Assembly (NCBI GenBank): GCA_001275005.1
Contig: JWZX01002881.1
Coordinates: 62,001 to 87,021, forward strand
Origin: Chrysochromulina tobinii
Lineage: Eukaryota
DNA length: 25,021 nucleotides
Direction: 5' to 3'
Shown: positions 1 through 10,938 of the stretch, piece by piece
Position numbering within the stretch: the stretch's first letter is position 1
Layout of the letters: each line of letters starts with the position of its first letter
Translations under genes and position numbers: made by a program
The notes under the pieces: generated by a model
What the model was told of the DNA's origin: nothing
Seen by the model: only the letters and a program-made list of their open reading frames with translations
Database searches by the model: none

Positions 1-2721
1 GCGCAGGCTCGCAAGCGTAGATCGTTGCACGTGCGAGTGCTGACGCTGATGCGACGCCTCTGACGAGGACTGATGACTGATGAGGACTGATGACGCCGCT
101 GATGAGGACTGATGCGACAACGCCGATGAGGGCGTGGTGGAGAGTAAGTTGGAGAGGGGGCTGCTGGGGGACGTGAATGGGGGGTCGCTGGAGGTGGAGG
201 CGAATGGGCCCCTCGCTGAATCGCGCAGCCCTCCCTCGCCCCGCCCCTCGCCCTGGGCCTCGCCCCGCGCCTCGCTCCGGGCCTCGCCCCGGGCCTCGCT
301 TCGCACCTCGCTTCGCATCTCGCCAGCTGATGCGAAGAGTACGCGACGCGGTGAGGTGAGCGTTGAGGTGGGCGGTTGTGTATCGAGAGCCGTTGGCCCC
401 TGCACCATTTGGGTCGAGAGTGCGGCGACCTCGGCGGACCTTGGGCGGACCCTTCCCACACGTGTTGAGCCCGCCGTATGTCTCGCGCCTTCGGCCGTTG
501 ACGAACCCGACGCAGTGGTGAGCGTCGGCGTGAGCGCCGTGCTCAGCGCTTCCCCAGAAGGCGGACGGGCTGCCTGGGTGGTGAGCGCGAGCTTGCTCAG
601 CTGCGCCTCGAGGGTGCTGTTGGCGGCGAGGAGCGAAGCCTTTTCATCTGCCCAATTCGCTTTTTCTTGCGCCCACGCAGCCTTTTCATGCGCCCAGGAA
701 GCCTTTTCATCTGCCCAAGTGGAGGCAGCGGCCGCGAGCGAGGCGGCGTGGTCCGCCTTGAGCGACTGAATGTGTGACTGGAGGCGCTCCTGTTCGCGCG
801 CAGTCGCTGCCTCGCTTGCAGCCGACGCGGCCGCCGCACGCTCTGCGACCGCTGCGACCGCCGCTGCCGCCGCAGCGGCCACGGCTTCGGCCAGCTCCGC
901 CTTTGCAGCCACGGCGGCCGCTTCAGCTGCGTCCGCCTTCGCCCTCACCGCCGTCAGTGTAACCTCGGCCATCTCTGTGCCTGCCGCCATTGCAGCCTCT
1001 GCCCTCGCTGTCGCTCCCGTCAGCGCCGCCTCCGCCTTCGCCGCCCTTGCATGCGCTTCTTCGGCTCGTAACGCCTCCTGAGCCGCATGTTGCCGGGCCT
1101 GAAGCACCTCCTGCCTGGCCGCCTCCCGGGTCGCCTCCACGACAGACTCCGTGGCCGCCTCTGCAGCAGCCGTTTGCGCTGCGAGCGCAGCATTGAGCTC
1201 CTGAGAAGCCGACGCCGCAGCGGACGCGACCGCCGCCGCCACAGCCGCCTCCGTGCGAGCCGCTGCGGCACCCATCGCATCGGCCATCGCCGCCTCTACC
1301 GCTGCCGCCTGTGCCGCCGCCGCATCCGTCCCCGCCGCAGTCATCGCCGCCTCGATGGCCGCCGCACGCTCCTCGTCGGCCTCGGCGCGAGTACGCGCCA
1401 CCGCCGCGTGGACCGCCACAAATCGCGCCGCTTCGGCCTCGGCGTTTGCTTCCTCGAGGGCTTTGGCGATCGCGCTCGCGGCCTCTCTCTTGGCCACTTC
1501 GAGGGCCCTCGCCATCGCCGCATCGGCCTCGGCCTTGGCCCGCTTCATGTCTTCCTCGGCGCTCGCCTGCAGGCAGATCGCCGCCTCGCACCGAAATGAG
1601 CGGCACGCCTCCCGTGCGGCCGCCTCCGCCCTCTGGAGCTCTTGCGTCAGCTCCCAAGCTGCCTCAGCCTCCTGCTTGGCCTGCTGGAGGATCTGGCGCT
1701 GCGCCACGGAAGCCTCGGCGCGTGCCACCTCGAGCAGCGCCGCCTTATCTGCCTCGGCTGATGCCTTGGCGAGCGCCGACATGACGGCGAGGCCCTCAAG
1801 CCGTCGCTTCATCTCGTCGGTCTTGGAGAGAGCGGCATCGCGTTGCTTGGCGGCTTCGTCGACGGCGACCTTGGCCTGCGTTGAGGTGAGGTTTGCCAAG
1901 CAGCCGGAGGCAGCGCTCATGACCGTGGGCACATCGCACCTGGCAAGCTGCCGCAGCCGCTCGACCGCGCCGCCCTGCTGGAGTAGACAGGTCACCTGTG
2001 TCGAGAAAGGAGGGGAAGTAGAGCTCTCTAAGGAAGATAGGGTTATAGAGGAGTGAGGAGAAGGTCAAGGAGTGGGAGGGGGAACGAGAGAAAGGGGGGA
2101 GGGACAGAGGGAGAGGGCAACAGAAGACCAACGTCGCTCCCGAATAGCTAACGATGGGGGGAAGGGTCTGTATAGCGCGCGCGTTCGAGAACAAGTGCGG
2201 CGAACCTCTGAGTCGTTGGCTGAGAGGTTGGCGCAAACGGCACACGCAAGGGCGACGATTGGCACCGAGTCAGAAAAGAGGTGCTTTGCGACGAGAGAGA
2301 TGGCATCGCCGCTCTTGAGCGCGGCTCGAATGGCACCCGCATTCGGGTTCACCGCGCTCGTTGACAGGTGCGCGAGGATCACGAGTGCGGGCAGGCTGGG
2401 CTGCTCAGTTGCCAGCCACTTGCAAAGGCGCGAGAGCACCCCGCGGCTGCAGCAAGTGTCGCTCAGCTTTGCCATGCTCGACGGCCGCAATGCCTCCAAC
2501 TCCGCGGAGAGCTCGTCCAGCGGAACCGTCATCATCGCCTCCGCCTCCTCGTCGCTGCAGGCTGGGTGCAGCGCCACGAGGAGTTGCAGCAGGTGACTGC
2601 CATCCGTGGTGAGAGCGTCGGGGCCGTGGGCGGGCTCTTCGTCCGCGCTTGATGCCTCAGCCTGGGCATCCCATGCCTCCGCGTCCGTACGTCGCGCGCG
2701 GAGCGCGCGCATGTGGCTCAT
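1..2721 (-). CDS. Armadillo-repeat plus long Ala/Glu-rich coiled-coil protein, 3'-partial; join(2721..2206,1995..<1)
   Basis: ATG at 2721. Exon 1 ends ...VALACAVCANLSANDSE. A phase-0 intron (GAG|GTTCGC...CACAG|GTG, pyrimidine-rich) joins it to VTCLLQQGGAVERLRQLARCDVPTVMSAASGCLANL (ARM-like), then a heptad-rich frame apparently open to base 1. Exon 2 is absent from the ORF track, consistent with running off the end. Confidence 0.8.
234..325 (-). repeat. Degenerate 12-bp coding tandem repeat (RSEA/RGEA tetrapeptides)
   Basis: CCTCGC recurs with 12-nt period. Confidence 0.75.
635..718 (-). repeat. 4 x 21-bp coding repeat (W-A-x-E-K-A-x heptad)
   Basis: Units start at 635, 656, 677 and 698. First and last units share GAAGCCTTTTCATCTGCCCAA. 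Confidence 0.85.
1996..2205 (-). other. Spliceosomal intron (210 nt) of the ARM/coiled-coil gene
   Basis: GT...CAG boundaries, long CT-rich tract, restores frame between two ARM-like segments. Confidence 0.8.
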
Positions 2722-3970
2722 TGCCCTCAACTAGAAGGTCCCTACAACGGAGCCAGCAAGAGTCCGCCGTCTTATGCCGTCAGACACGACTTCCGACGGC
2801 TTCCTGCTGTCTTGCGTCAAGCGACAACAAATTCATACGAGAAATCGGACAACAAAATTGCTCGTGACGTTACTTCTCTTTACATGAAACTTTGGCATGC
2901 AAATTGACGAACTTGTCTGCTCGTCCCGAGCACGTATACCGGTAGCTTGTCTAGCTTCGTCTACCTCGACAGTATACCTCGACGTCGCCGAATTCTACGG
3001 CCACGCTGAGCGTCTGCACCTGCGCTTGTGCTTATCTCTGAACTATACATGTACATGTTTAACTCAGAAGTCAGATTCGTACATGTATCTCTGAACATGT
3101 AAGGACGACATCAACATGTTGTTCAAGCTACAAGCACACACATATCTATGGAGACAGTTCAAGCGCGGCCCCGGCTGGGTACATGTATTGGCTGGTTTTG
3201 GCTGGGGCTTCATTCACGCTCAACTGCCTCGGTATATTATTGGCAGGCCCAGCGTAGGCCCAGCGCCCGCACGAGGACGAGCGGACAGGCGCTTTAGTCG
3301 CTGACCTGTGAGACCGCCCCCGCGAACCCCCGGCTGAGGCTGCCCGAACATCGAACAAGAACACCTGTTGAGCTTGTACACATGTATGACGGATGACGCT
3401 TGTGAGAAGTGAACAACGCGAACCGAGGGTATACTCGGTACAGGGAAGTGATGTCCTGATGACTGTGTTCGCCCGTCCGGGGGTAGTAAGGTACGTTTTC
3501 CGATTTCCGTTCGATCGTTATGTCGAGGACGTGCTATTTCTGTTACTGTTTCTAGCATCTACGTCGTACAGAAGTGTTTTATTCGCCCGAGGCCCGAGCC
3601 CCGACCACGAAGAAAATCTCAGCGCGGGTGCGACCGAGATCTCGAGCCGACTGTGCTTGGCGCGCCGGCGCAATGAAGACCGTGCGCGCGCGCGAGACCG
3701 ACGGTCCGCGTCCGAGTCCGGACGCGCGGCGCGACGGTGGGACGGTGAGAGATACAGACTTCAGAGAACAAGACACACCGGACGTACGCTCGGAAGTAGA
3801 CGCAAGACGGTCGATCGTACCGACACACACACGCGCGCGCGTCGAATACCCTGGGTGCTAGGACCGCGATTCATCGCGCACCCGTAGCACACCAACCGAA
3901 AGCGTCCGCACCCGCCCGAGCGCCACAGGCGCCAGAACCGAACGCATAAGAACGAGGACGAGGATCGCAT

Positions 3971-5382
3971 TCAATTGGACAGCGAGGACCCCATTCCAAC
4001 GCCACTCTCCAGCTGCTCGACTTGTGCGCCGTTGCTCCCGCTCGCAAGCCCCGGCGATCCGCGGCCGCTTTTCAAGTATGCTCTGGGTGGCAGCGGGCTG
4101 GGCGGCGTGATCTCTGAGCACACGTTTTGGGGAACGAGCGATCGGTGAGACGAACAGTGGGTGAGTGTGTGCTGCCTGGGCTGTGGCCGGGTGAGTGTGT
4201 GCTGCCGGTCGAGCCTGGGGGTGCGCGCGTACGATTCCAGGTGCAGCTGCTCAGGGGGCTCGGCAAGACAATGCCAGGCGGCACTTGGGGCCAGAACTGC
4301 GCGCGGCCATCGCCGCCGGTGAGTTCCTTCGCCTTTTGGCGCACGGGCCGGAAGTTGGAGCGCTGCGTGTCGGGTAGGTGCGCCGCGTTGATGGCGACGG
4401 TGTCGTGGATGTGGTCGACGTACTCCTCCGTGTGATGGAGCCATGGCATGCTGATTGCGCCGTGCTTCCAAGTTTGGACACCGATCGAAGATCCAGAGTA
4501 GCCGCCGTAGTTGGTCGCCAGAGGGTCCGCGGGCACGGCCGAGCGCGGCGGAAAATCGGTCTGGAAGCTGCCTCGCCACTTGGGCTGATGGAGCAGGCTT
4601 GGTGGAGCGGTCGCGGGCGGTTTTGGCGTACTTCTGCCCAGCCACTTTTTCGAAGTCGACTGGCGCAAGCTGTCCCCGATGGTCGTCGGGGAGCACGCGG
4701 GAAAATTGCCATATTTGGGATCGTATACCCACCGACCGCCGCCGAGCGTGTCAAGTGGGCGCGAGAACGCTGCACTCTCGTTGATGCGGGCCGATTCGGT
4801 GAGGGGGCGCACGCGCATGATCGGCCAGGTGCCCGAGATCTCCTTCGAGGGCTCACGCAGGCGGTAATCGTACCCGGATTTCATGTAAGAGAAGTCGACG
4901 TTCTTCACGCCGCCGCCCGATTTCGGGTAGGGTGGGTGGCGGAGGAAGCCGGCCTCGGCCGCGTCCACGGCGCGCTGGATACGGTCCCGCTCGTGCAGCA
5001 CCTTGTCAGCTGCCGCCCACTCACCTGCATGTGGGTCTTTCATGTTGTTCGTGTGCCCAGGGCGGAAGCAGTGGTCATTCGGATGGAGGAAGGCCATCTT
5101 CATGACCTCGACATCCGACCGCAGCGACTCTTGCGACTGCTGCATGCCCCACTCTGCGTAGCGCTTTTGAGCGTGTGTCGCCAATTCTTCACGCTTCTTC
5201 CGGATCTGATCCTCCTCTTCCGCTGACTTTGCTATCGGTGGAGGCACCACTGGAATGAGGGTGCCAGGCATATTGACTTTGGCCCAAGGGATGTCGCGCG
5301 GCACCGCCATCTTCGCCTTCGTCACTATCTCGAACTCTTTGAGCTGCTGCGCCATCGCCCGGGGTAGGAAGCTAGAGGGCAT
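3971..5382 (-). CDS. Hypothetical protein; join(5382 or 5355..4233,4113..3971)
   Basis: Long biased ORF (MAQQLKEFEIVTKAK...). Intron 4114..4232 (C|GTACGC...CTCAG|AG, containing a duplicated GGGTGAGTGTGTGCTGCC) gives ...CTWNQITPPSPLPPRAY...SLSN*. No family recognised. Confidence 0.7.
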
Positions 5383-5539
5383 GACGACTCGTGATCGCGG
5401 AAAGTGTGGCGTAACGTCGCGCGTCCTGGCCCGATCTGAAGTGTGAATCATGTCAAGCCAGTCAAGACAAGTCAAGTCTCCCGGTCCTACAGCTACATGT
5501 ACAACACGAGCAAGTGTGCGTACACCGGCTTTCCTCACG

Positions 5540-7130
5540 TCATTCCCGGCCGTGGGGCGTGTCGTCGAGCGCGGGTTCGAGCTCCTCGAGCGCAGCCTTT
5601 TTGCGGCTGCCGGCTTGCATGTTGGCCGCCGCCTTCCGACCTAGGGCGTTCCGAGCGAGCTGCGAGTCCGCCTCGGCCTCGCCGAGCTCGGCGTCGCCAC
5701 CGTAGGCCTCGCCCTCGGGTGCGTCGCTTAGGGTTAGGGTTTGCTCCCCGGGCGCAGAACCGAGCAGGGCGGCAAGGTAGCGTGGCAGCGGGTGCTTGAC
5801 ATGCGCGAGCCGGATCCGTGCCACAGCGGTCATGGGCACGGCGAGGACCATGCCCGTGATGCCCCACAGCGCATACCAAAAGAGGAGCGAGAGCAGCACT
5901 GCCACCGGATGCAGCTTGAGAATGTGGCCGAAGAGGAGCGGCTCGACGACATTTCCCGCAAAGGCGTGCGCGCCGAGAGGCAGTAGCAGCACGAGTAGCA
6001 CGCCAGCCGTACTGAACGCAGGATCCAGTATCACGAGCGGCAGCGGGAGTGCGACAGCGACAACGGTGCCGACATTTGGCACGAAGTTGAGCCAAAACGC
6101 GAGCAGCCCAAACACGAGCCACAACTCGACGGAACACGCCCAGAGCGAGAGGGCCGTGAGCACACCCACCAGCACGCACACCAACACCTTGCCGCGTATG
6201 TAGCTGTGGATTTGAGCGTCGGATTGGGCGACCACATCGGGTTCGTCCGACTGGGCGAGCGGCGAGCGAGTGGGTGGCCTGCAACGGCGCGCGAATCGAT
6301 ATTTCGAACGCCTTGCGTTAGTCGGGGAGTCGCATAGCATGCTAGACGTCACAGGTGGGGGGGTCACACCCTCGGAGTTCGAGGGGGCAGGCGAAGTACG
6401 GCGACACCCCAAGAAGCAAGTATAGAGTGAACAGCATAACCAAGAAGAGATTGGAGACCGTCTCGAGGAGCGAGCTCAGGCCGCTCATGACGATCGAGGT
6501 CACCTGGGTACGATCGATGCGCCGGCTGATGTCGAGCAGCCGTTGCTCAAGCGTGGGCTCCTCCTCTTCTGCGCTGACGGCCACGGCGGCGGTGTCATTT
6601 GTGACCGCCACCTCAGTAAGGTTGCCAGGCGTCGACGGGCCGAAGAGGCGGTCCTGCATGCGGTTGTAGAAATCGATGGCTTCGATGATGAGCGTCTGCA
6701 CACGCGTGCCGTACACGTCAGCATGGCGCGTGAAGACGTGCACCGAGTCGGCCACGATAAAGCCGATGAGGCCGAGCATCGCCATGGAAAGGGCGAGCAC
6801 AATACACACAGAAACGTAGTATGGCAGCCGGAACTCGATGAGTGCCTCGACGAATGGCCGGATACACGGGCGCACGCTGTGAAGTTGCGGGCGCTCGCGA
6901 CACAGCACACAGATCCCCCAGCAGCACTTGATTGGGCGTTTTGTGAGTACATCGATGGCTGGCTGCAGCAGGTAGCTCAATGCGATGGCCAGGACCAGAG
7001 GAACGAGCACCGCGCGCAACCAGAAGAGTGCGTATCCGACCACTCCCATGGCGCAGAGGCAAAGTGCTAGCGTCCTCAATCGATCTTCCACTTCACGCTC
7101 GTCAGCAGAGAGTGCGCCGAAGAGACCCAT
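5540..7130 (-). CDS. AI-2E family (UPF0118/PerM/TqsA-like) transporter; probable join(7130..6400,6278..5540)
   Basis: N-terminal LVPLVLAIALSYLLQP, and C-terminal IHSYIRGK, FGLLAFWLNFVPNVG, GNVVEPLLFGHILKLHPVAVLLSLLFWYALWGITGMVLAVP are characteristic AI-2E motifs. Two frames joined by a phase-2 intron (CC|GTACTT...TGCAG|G). Confidence 0.9.
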
Positions 7131-7901
7131 AAGGGCGGGCAGGGCGGGCTTTGACGGTGTGAACGTTAACGCGACAACAGTCCGGTGCGAGACTTGCTGT
7201 TTACCCTCGGCTCAATTACAAGTCTGCCCCGACCTGACGTGGTCGCGACCTGACGTCGATCGTGCGGCGGCTTCTTGGCGAATACATGAAATAGGCACTT
7301 GGCACTTTAAAGCCATCTACATGCATCAACGCACCCTCGCACCCCAAGGGTCCACGCATACCGGTATGTGTGTACTGGGCCGGGCGCTGCTGGAGATTAG
7401 TATGAGATTAGTAGGTCGCTGTAGAGCCGAGCTAAAGCCGAGCGTCCGTCGTTACATGTAGTCCGTCGCTCTCGTCTCGCTGCTAAAGGGTGCGTGCGGT
7501 GGACGCGGGGGTGGACGCTGGGTCGCTGGCCCCGACCCCCGTCGGAGCGGGAAGCCATTTCAAACATTTAATTAGCGGATCGATCTTGTTCGATGCGACA
7601 GAGAAGACCGGATCGGCGATCGTGATGTATGTGCGCGGTTGCGTCCGTAGACCGACCGGCGCGCGGCGCCGGCGCGCGGGCGGGGCGCCGGGGGGACCCG
7701 CGCAGCCGGTCGGCCGTCACCGTGTGTCCGTGTTACGTCAATCGCGAGCCCGAGCGCCGTCCGCCGAGCCGGCCAGTGCGCAGTGGTGATCTGGTGAAAG
7801 CTGAAAGTGAAACCGAATGGAAGGCCTATTAGCTATTTGATTGAGAGTGTGTTACTGAAATACCGCATACCGCCTCAGTCTAAGGTGAGAAGCGTAAGTG
7901 G

Positions 7902-10549
7902 CTAGAACATCTGATTCCCGGCCGCTGCCGTTGCGCGCGCGGAGCTCCACGCGGCGGCCTCTTTGGCCGCATGCGTGCGGAAAGACGGCGGCTGCTGCTG
8001 CAGCGGGTGCCGCTGCGTGCCGCTCGTCGTCCGCGGCGATGGGCGCGTCGTCGTGCCGAGCGTGTCCTTGCGCGGCGGGTTGGTCGGCTCCGCATAGTCG
8101 GACACATTGAGCGAGAAGTTGCCGCGGTTGGAGAAGCTCGAGTCGGGCAAGATCTTGAGGACGAGAATCTCCCATCGCAGGATCGCGGCGACAGAGCGCT
8201 GCTGCTGCTGACGCTCCGCGGCGCTCACGAGCGACGCGTTGCGCTTCGGAGCGCGCTGGACCAGCGTCGCATTCGAGACGAGCTCCTCGCGCATCGCGAG
8301 CAGGGTCGTGTTACCCGCCGTGGCGGTGAAGGTGGGAATGGCGACGCGCAGGTCGAGGAACCGCTCAGGCGGCACGAGGAGCAGAATTGAAGGCTCGAGA
8401 GCCACCGGGAGCAAGTGGATCGGCACGCGCGGCGCGGCAAACAAGCGCGCGCGCGCCGCATCGCGCGCCGCCTCAGCCGCGACTGCGGCCTCGGGATCGT
8501 CCGGGTTGTACAGCACCATCCCCTTGGCGCTCTCGACGAGGGCAGCCTCGTTGCACCAGCTGCGCGCGGAAGTATGCGTCACCGTGAGCGGCGCGCGGGG
8601 TTTCTCCGAGCGCGCGCTGCTGGCACCGCTGCCGCTGCCGGCACCGCTGCCGGCACCGCTGCTGCCGCTGCTGCCCGGCATGTGCACGGCGCCGCGCGCG
8701 ACCAGAACGAGCGACTGCGGCACGTGCGGCGAGACTGCAGGCTCCCCTTTGGCGACCACCCGCAGCTGCACGGCCGCCGCCACCTTGGCGATCGTCTCGG
8801 CAGGCAACGCGCGAAAGAAGAGGAGCTGGCGGAGATAGCGCGAGCACACGCTCCGCTGCGCGGCGGCCGAGGCGGCGGCAAGGTGGCCCGCGGAGCGCAG
8901 CGCGGATATGTGAGCACGATCGACGATGAGGAGCATCGAGGGTGTCGTGGCTCGAAAGGGGGCGGCCAGAGATCGCTCTCCGCCACAAATGTCCACAAGG
9001 GCCTCTGCGTGTAACAGATCGCCCGGCCGCACCGCAGCGACCGCCTCCGCGCGTGACACAGCCGCCTCGCGCGTCCTCCCGTGCGCCGTCCCGTGCGCCG
9101 TCACGGGGCTAGAGCTCCTCGGTGTCTCACCAGATGGGCGGGCGATCCCCCACCCTCCGCTAGCGCGCGCCGCTCCGACCTCTTCAATCGCGTGTGCGGC
9201 GGCACTCGGCACGATGGCAGCGGCGGCGGCGGCGGCGGCGGCAGCGCTGTCGTCGAGGCGTGTCAGGCTGCCGTGGAGCAGCACCGCCAACGACCCAAGG
9301 CTCACCGAGGAGATCATGTAGCGTGGCACGTGACGCACCTGCATGCAAAGGAATCGGAGGCAGCCAGAGGCGATCAGAGGCACACCGAAAATATCGTCTA
9401 GTAGCGTGGCTCGCGACATACCTTAGCGGCCGCTACGAGTGCCTCAAGGCTTGCATCTGACTCGAGCGCCAGCAGCAGCGAGCGGCGGAGCAGTGCCACT
9501 ATCTCCGCCGCGCTCACAGGCGGGCCCGAGCCGTCAGGTGCGCGCGCGTCGGCGCCTATATACGAGCAGCTGTCCTCCCCATCCACCTCCTCGATGCCCC
9601 CTCCGCAGCACGTGACGGGCGCCGAGACGCCAGCGTCTGCGGCTGCACCGATGGTGGCGTCGCTGAAACTGCATCCTCTCCTTCCGGCGGCCTTTGCCAC
9701 GTCAGGTGCCTCGGTGTCCAAGGTCGCCCACACCATTTCCTGGGCTGCCCACACGTCGTTAATGAGCGCATCATGCTGCTGCGGCGCATCATACTGCGGC
9801 GCATCATACTGCGGCGCATCATACTGCGGCGCATCATACTGCTGCGCGAGACGCACGCGAGGTGAGGAGCCCCTGACGACTGTACTCTCCATTCCCATCA
9901 TGGCACCAATGGTGGGTCGCGCTGACTGTGGCCGTGCCGGGCTTGCCGGCTCCACTAGCACCGGTGCGATGCGGTGCTGCGCCGAGGTGGGGCGCAGCGC
10001 CGGACCGTTGGCCGCCGTGCGCATAATCGCAGCCACATTGGCGCTAGCCTCTGCCGCGGCACCGATGAGGTCCGCTGCGTACGTCGACTTTAGTGAGACG
10101 TGCGTCGTCGTTGTCTGCGGTGTGTACTGGTAAAAGGTCGGCGGCAGCAGCACGCCTTCGCCGAGGTGGCGTGGAAAGAGCTTCAGCCGGTTGCCATCCT
10201 TGTCAAAGCACGGGTGACGTGCGCCGAACCGAGGGCTGTTCTTACCCTCGTGTTGCGAGAGCGGCGGCCGCGGCGTGAGGCAGCCCGTACGCTCGCTGTG
10301 CGCACGCGGTTGCGGCTGTACGGCGCGCGCAGAGCGAGGGCGCTGCCGGCGGATCCATTCGTTGGTGCGCGCCGAGTGGGGGTCGTTGAAGGGCACAATC
10401 TGCTGCGGCACGGTCGTGAGTGCTGCACGGTCCGCAACGAGGTTGAATCGTGTCGCATGGACTGTTCGACGGGTGCTGCTGGGCAGGTAGTGATGCAACA
10501 TTGGCGCGCCTTCCGGTGCTTGTCTGTGCATCCCGTCCGGCCTTGCCAT
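7902..10549 (-). CDS. Protein with disordered N-terminus and two degenerate cyclic-nucleotide-binding-like domains; join(10549..9422,9338..7902)
   Basis: 83-nt phase-0 intron AAG|GTATGT...TGCAG|GTG. YLRQLLFFRALPAETIAKVAAAVQLRVVAKGE...LVLVARGAV matches a cNMP-domain N-terminus. An earlier PGDLLHAEAL...FRATTPSMLLIVDR resembles a cNMP-domain C-terminus. Confidence 0.7.
9781..9840 (-). repeat. 4 exact copies of a 15-bp coding repeat (QYDAP)
   Basis: GCGGCGCATCATACT at 9781, 9796, 9811 and 9826, plus a degenerate QHDAL copy. Confidence 0.95.
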
Positions 10550-10938
10550 GCTGAGACGTTCGGACCTTCCTGCCGTTTTTCTCCGGATGTGTGAACCAAT
10601 GGCCTTGTGTGAACGTTAACACGTCCAACCAGTGCTACAGCACTGTTGCCTTGTGTGAGCCAACTTGTGAACCCTTTTTTTCTCACAAACAGCCGAGTCG
10701 ACGCACATCTTCCGGAGCGGAATCCATTGCGAAATTCATTTCCCGGAAGGACGGGCCAAGTTTGTGGACGTGGGGGGGCCGACACGAGAGAAAGGTGCTG
10801 GCGGTGGGTGTCAATTTTGGGGGGCGTCCGGAAACCACCCCCCCCTGACTGTGGACGTCGATCTCGGCAAGGAAATTGGATGCAGGCATTTTTCACATAA
10901 TGGAATGCCTACGCGCAATCTGCCACACTCAAATAGGA

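Noticed and set aside
60..115. Repeated CTGATGA/CTGACGA resembling hammerhead cores or C/D boxes
   Set aside because: No GAAA partner or stems. Explained by SHQSS coding repeats on the minus strand.
134..2056. Plus-strand Ala/Ser-rich ORFs (134-769, 770-1081, 1253-2056)
   Set aside because: Antisense shadows of the minus-strand coiled-coil exon
3393..3887. 164-aa plus-strand ORF and weak AGGGTAT/ATACCCT inverted ends
   Set aside because: Non-ATG start, no protein-like composition, and a 7-bp IR is too short to call a MITE
5728..5739. TTAGGGTTAGGG telomere-like dimer
   Set aside because: Only two units, inside the AI-2E CDS (TLTLS)
9781..9840. Possible CRISPR-like array
   Set aside because: Head-to-tail repeats without spacers, in a eukaryotic CDS
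10683..10766. Imperfect nested inverted repeats (CACAAAC/GTTTGTG, CTTCCGG/CCGGAAG)
   Set aside because: Short interrupted stems, compatible with chance
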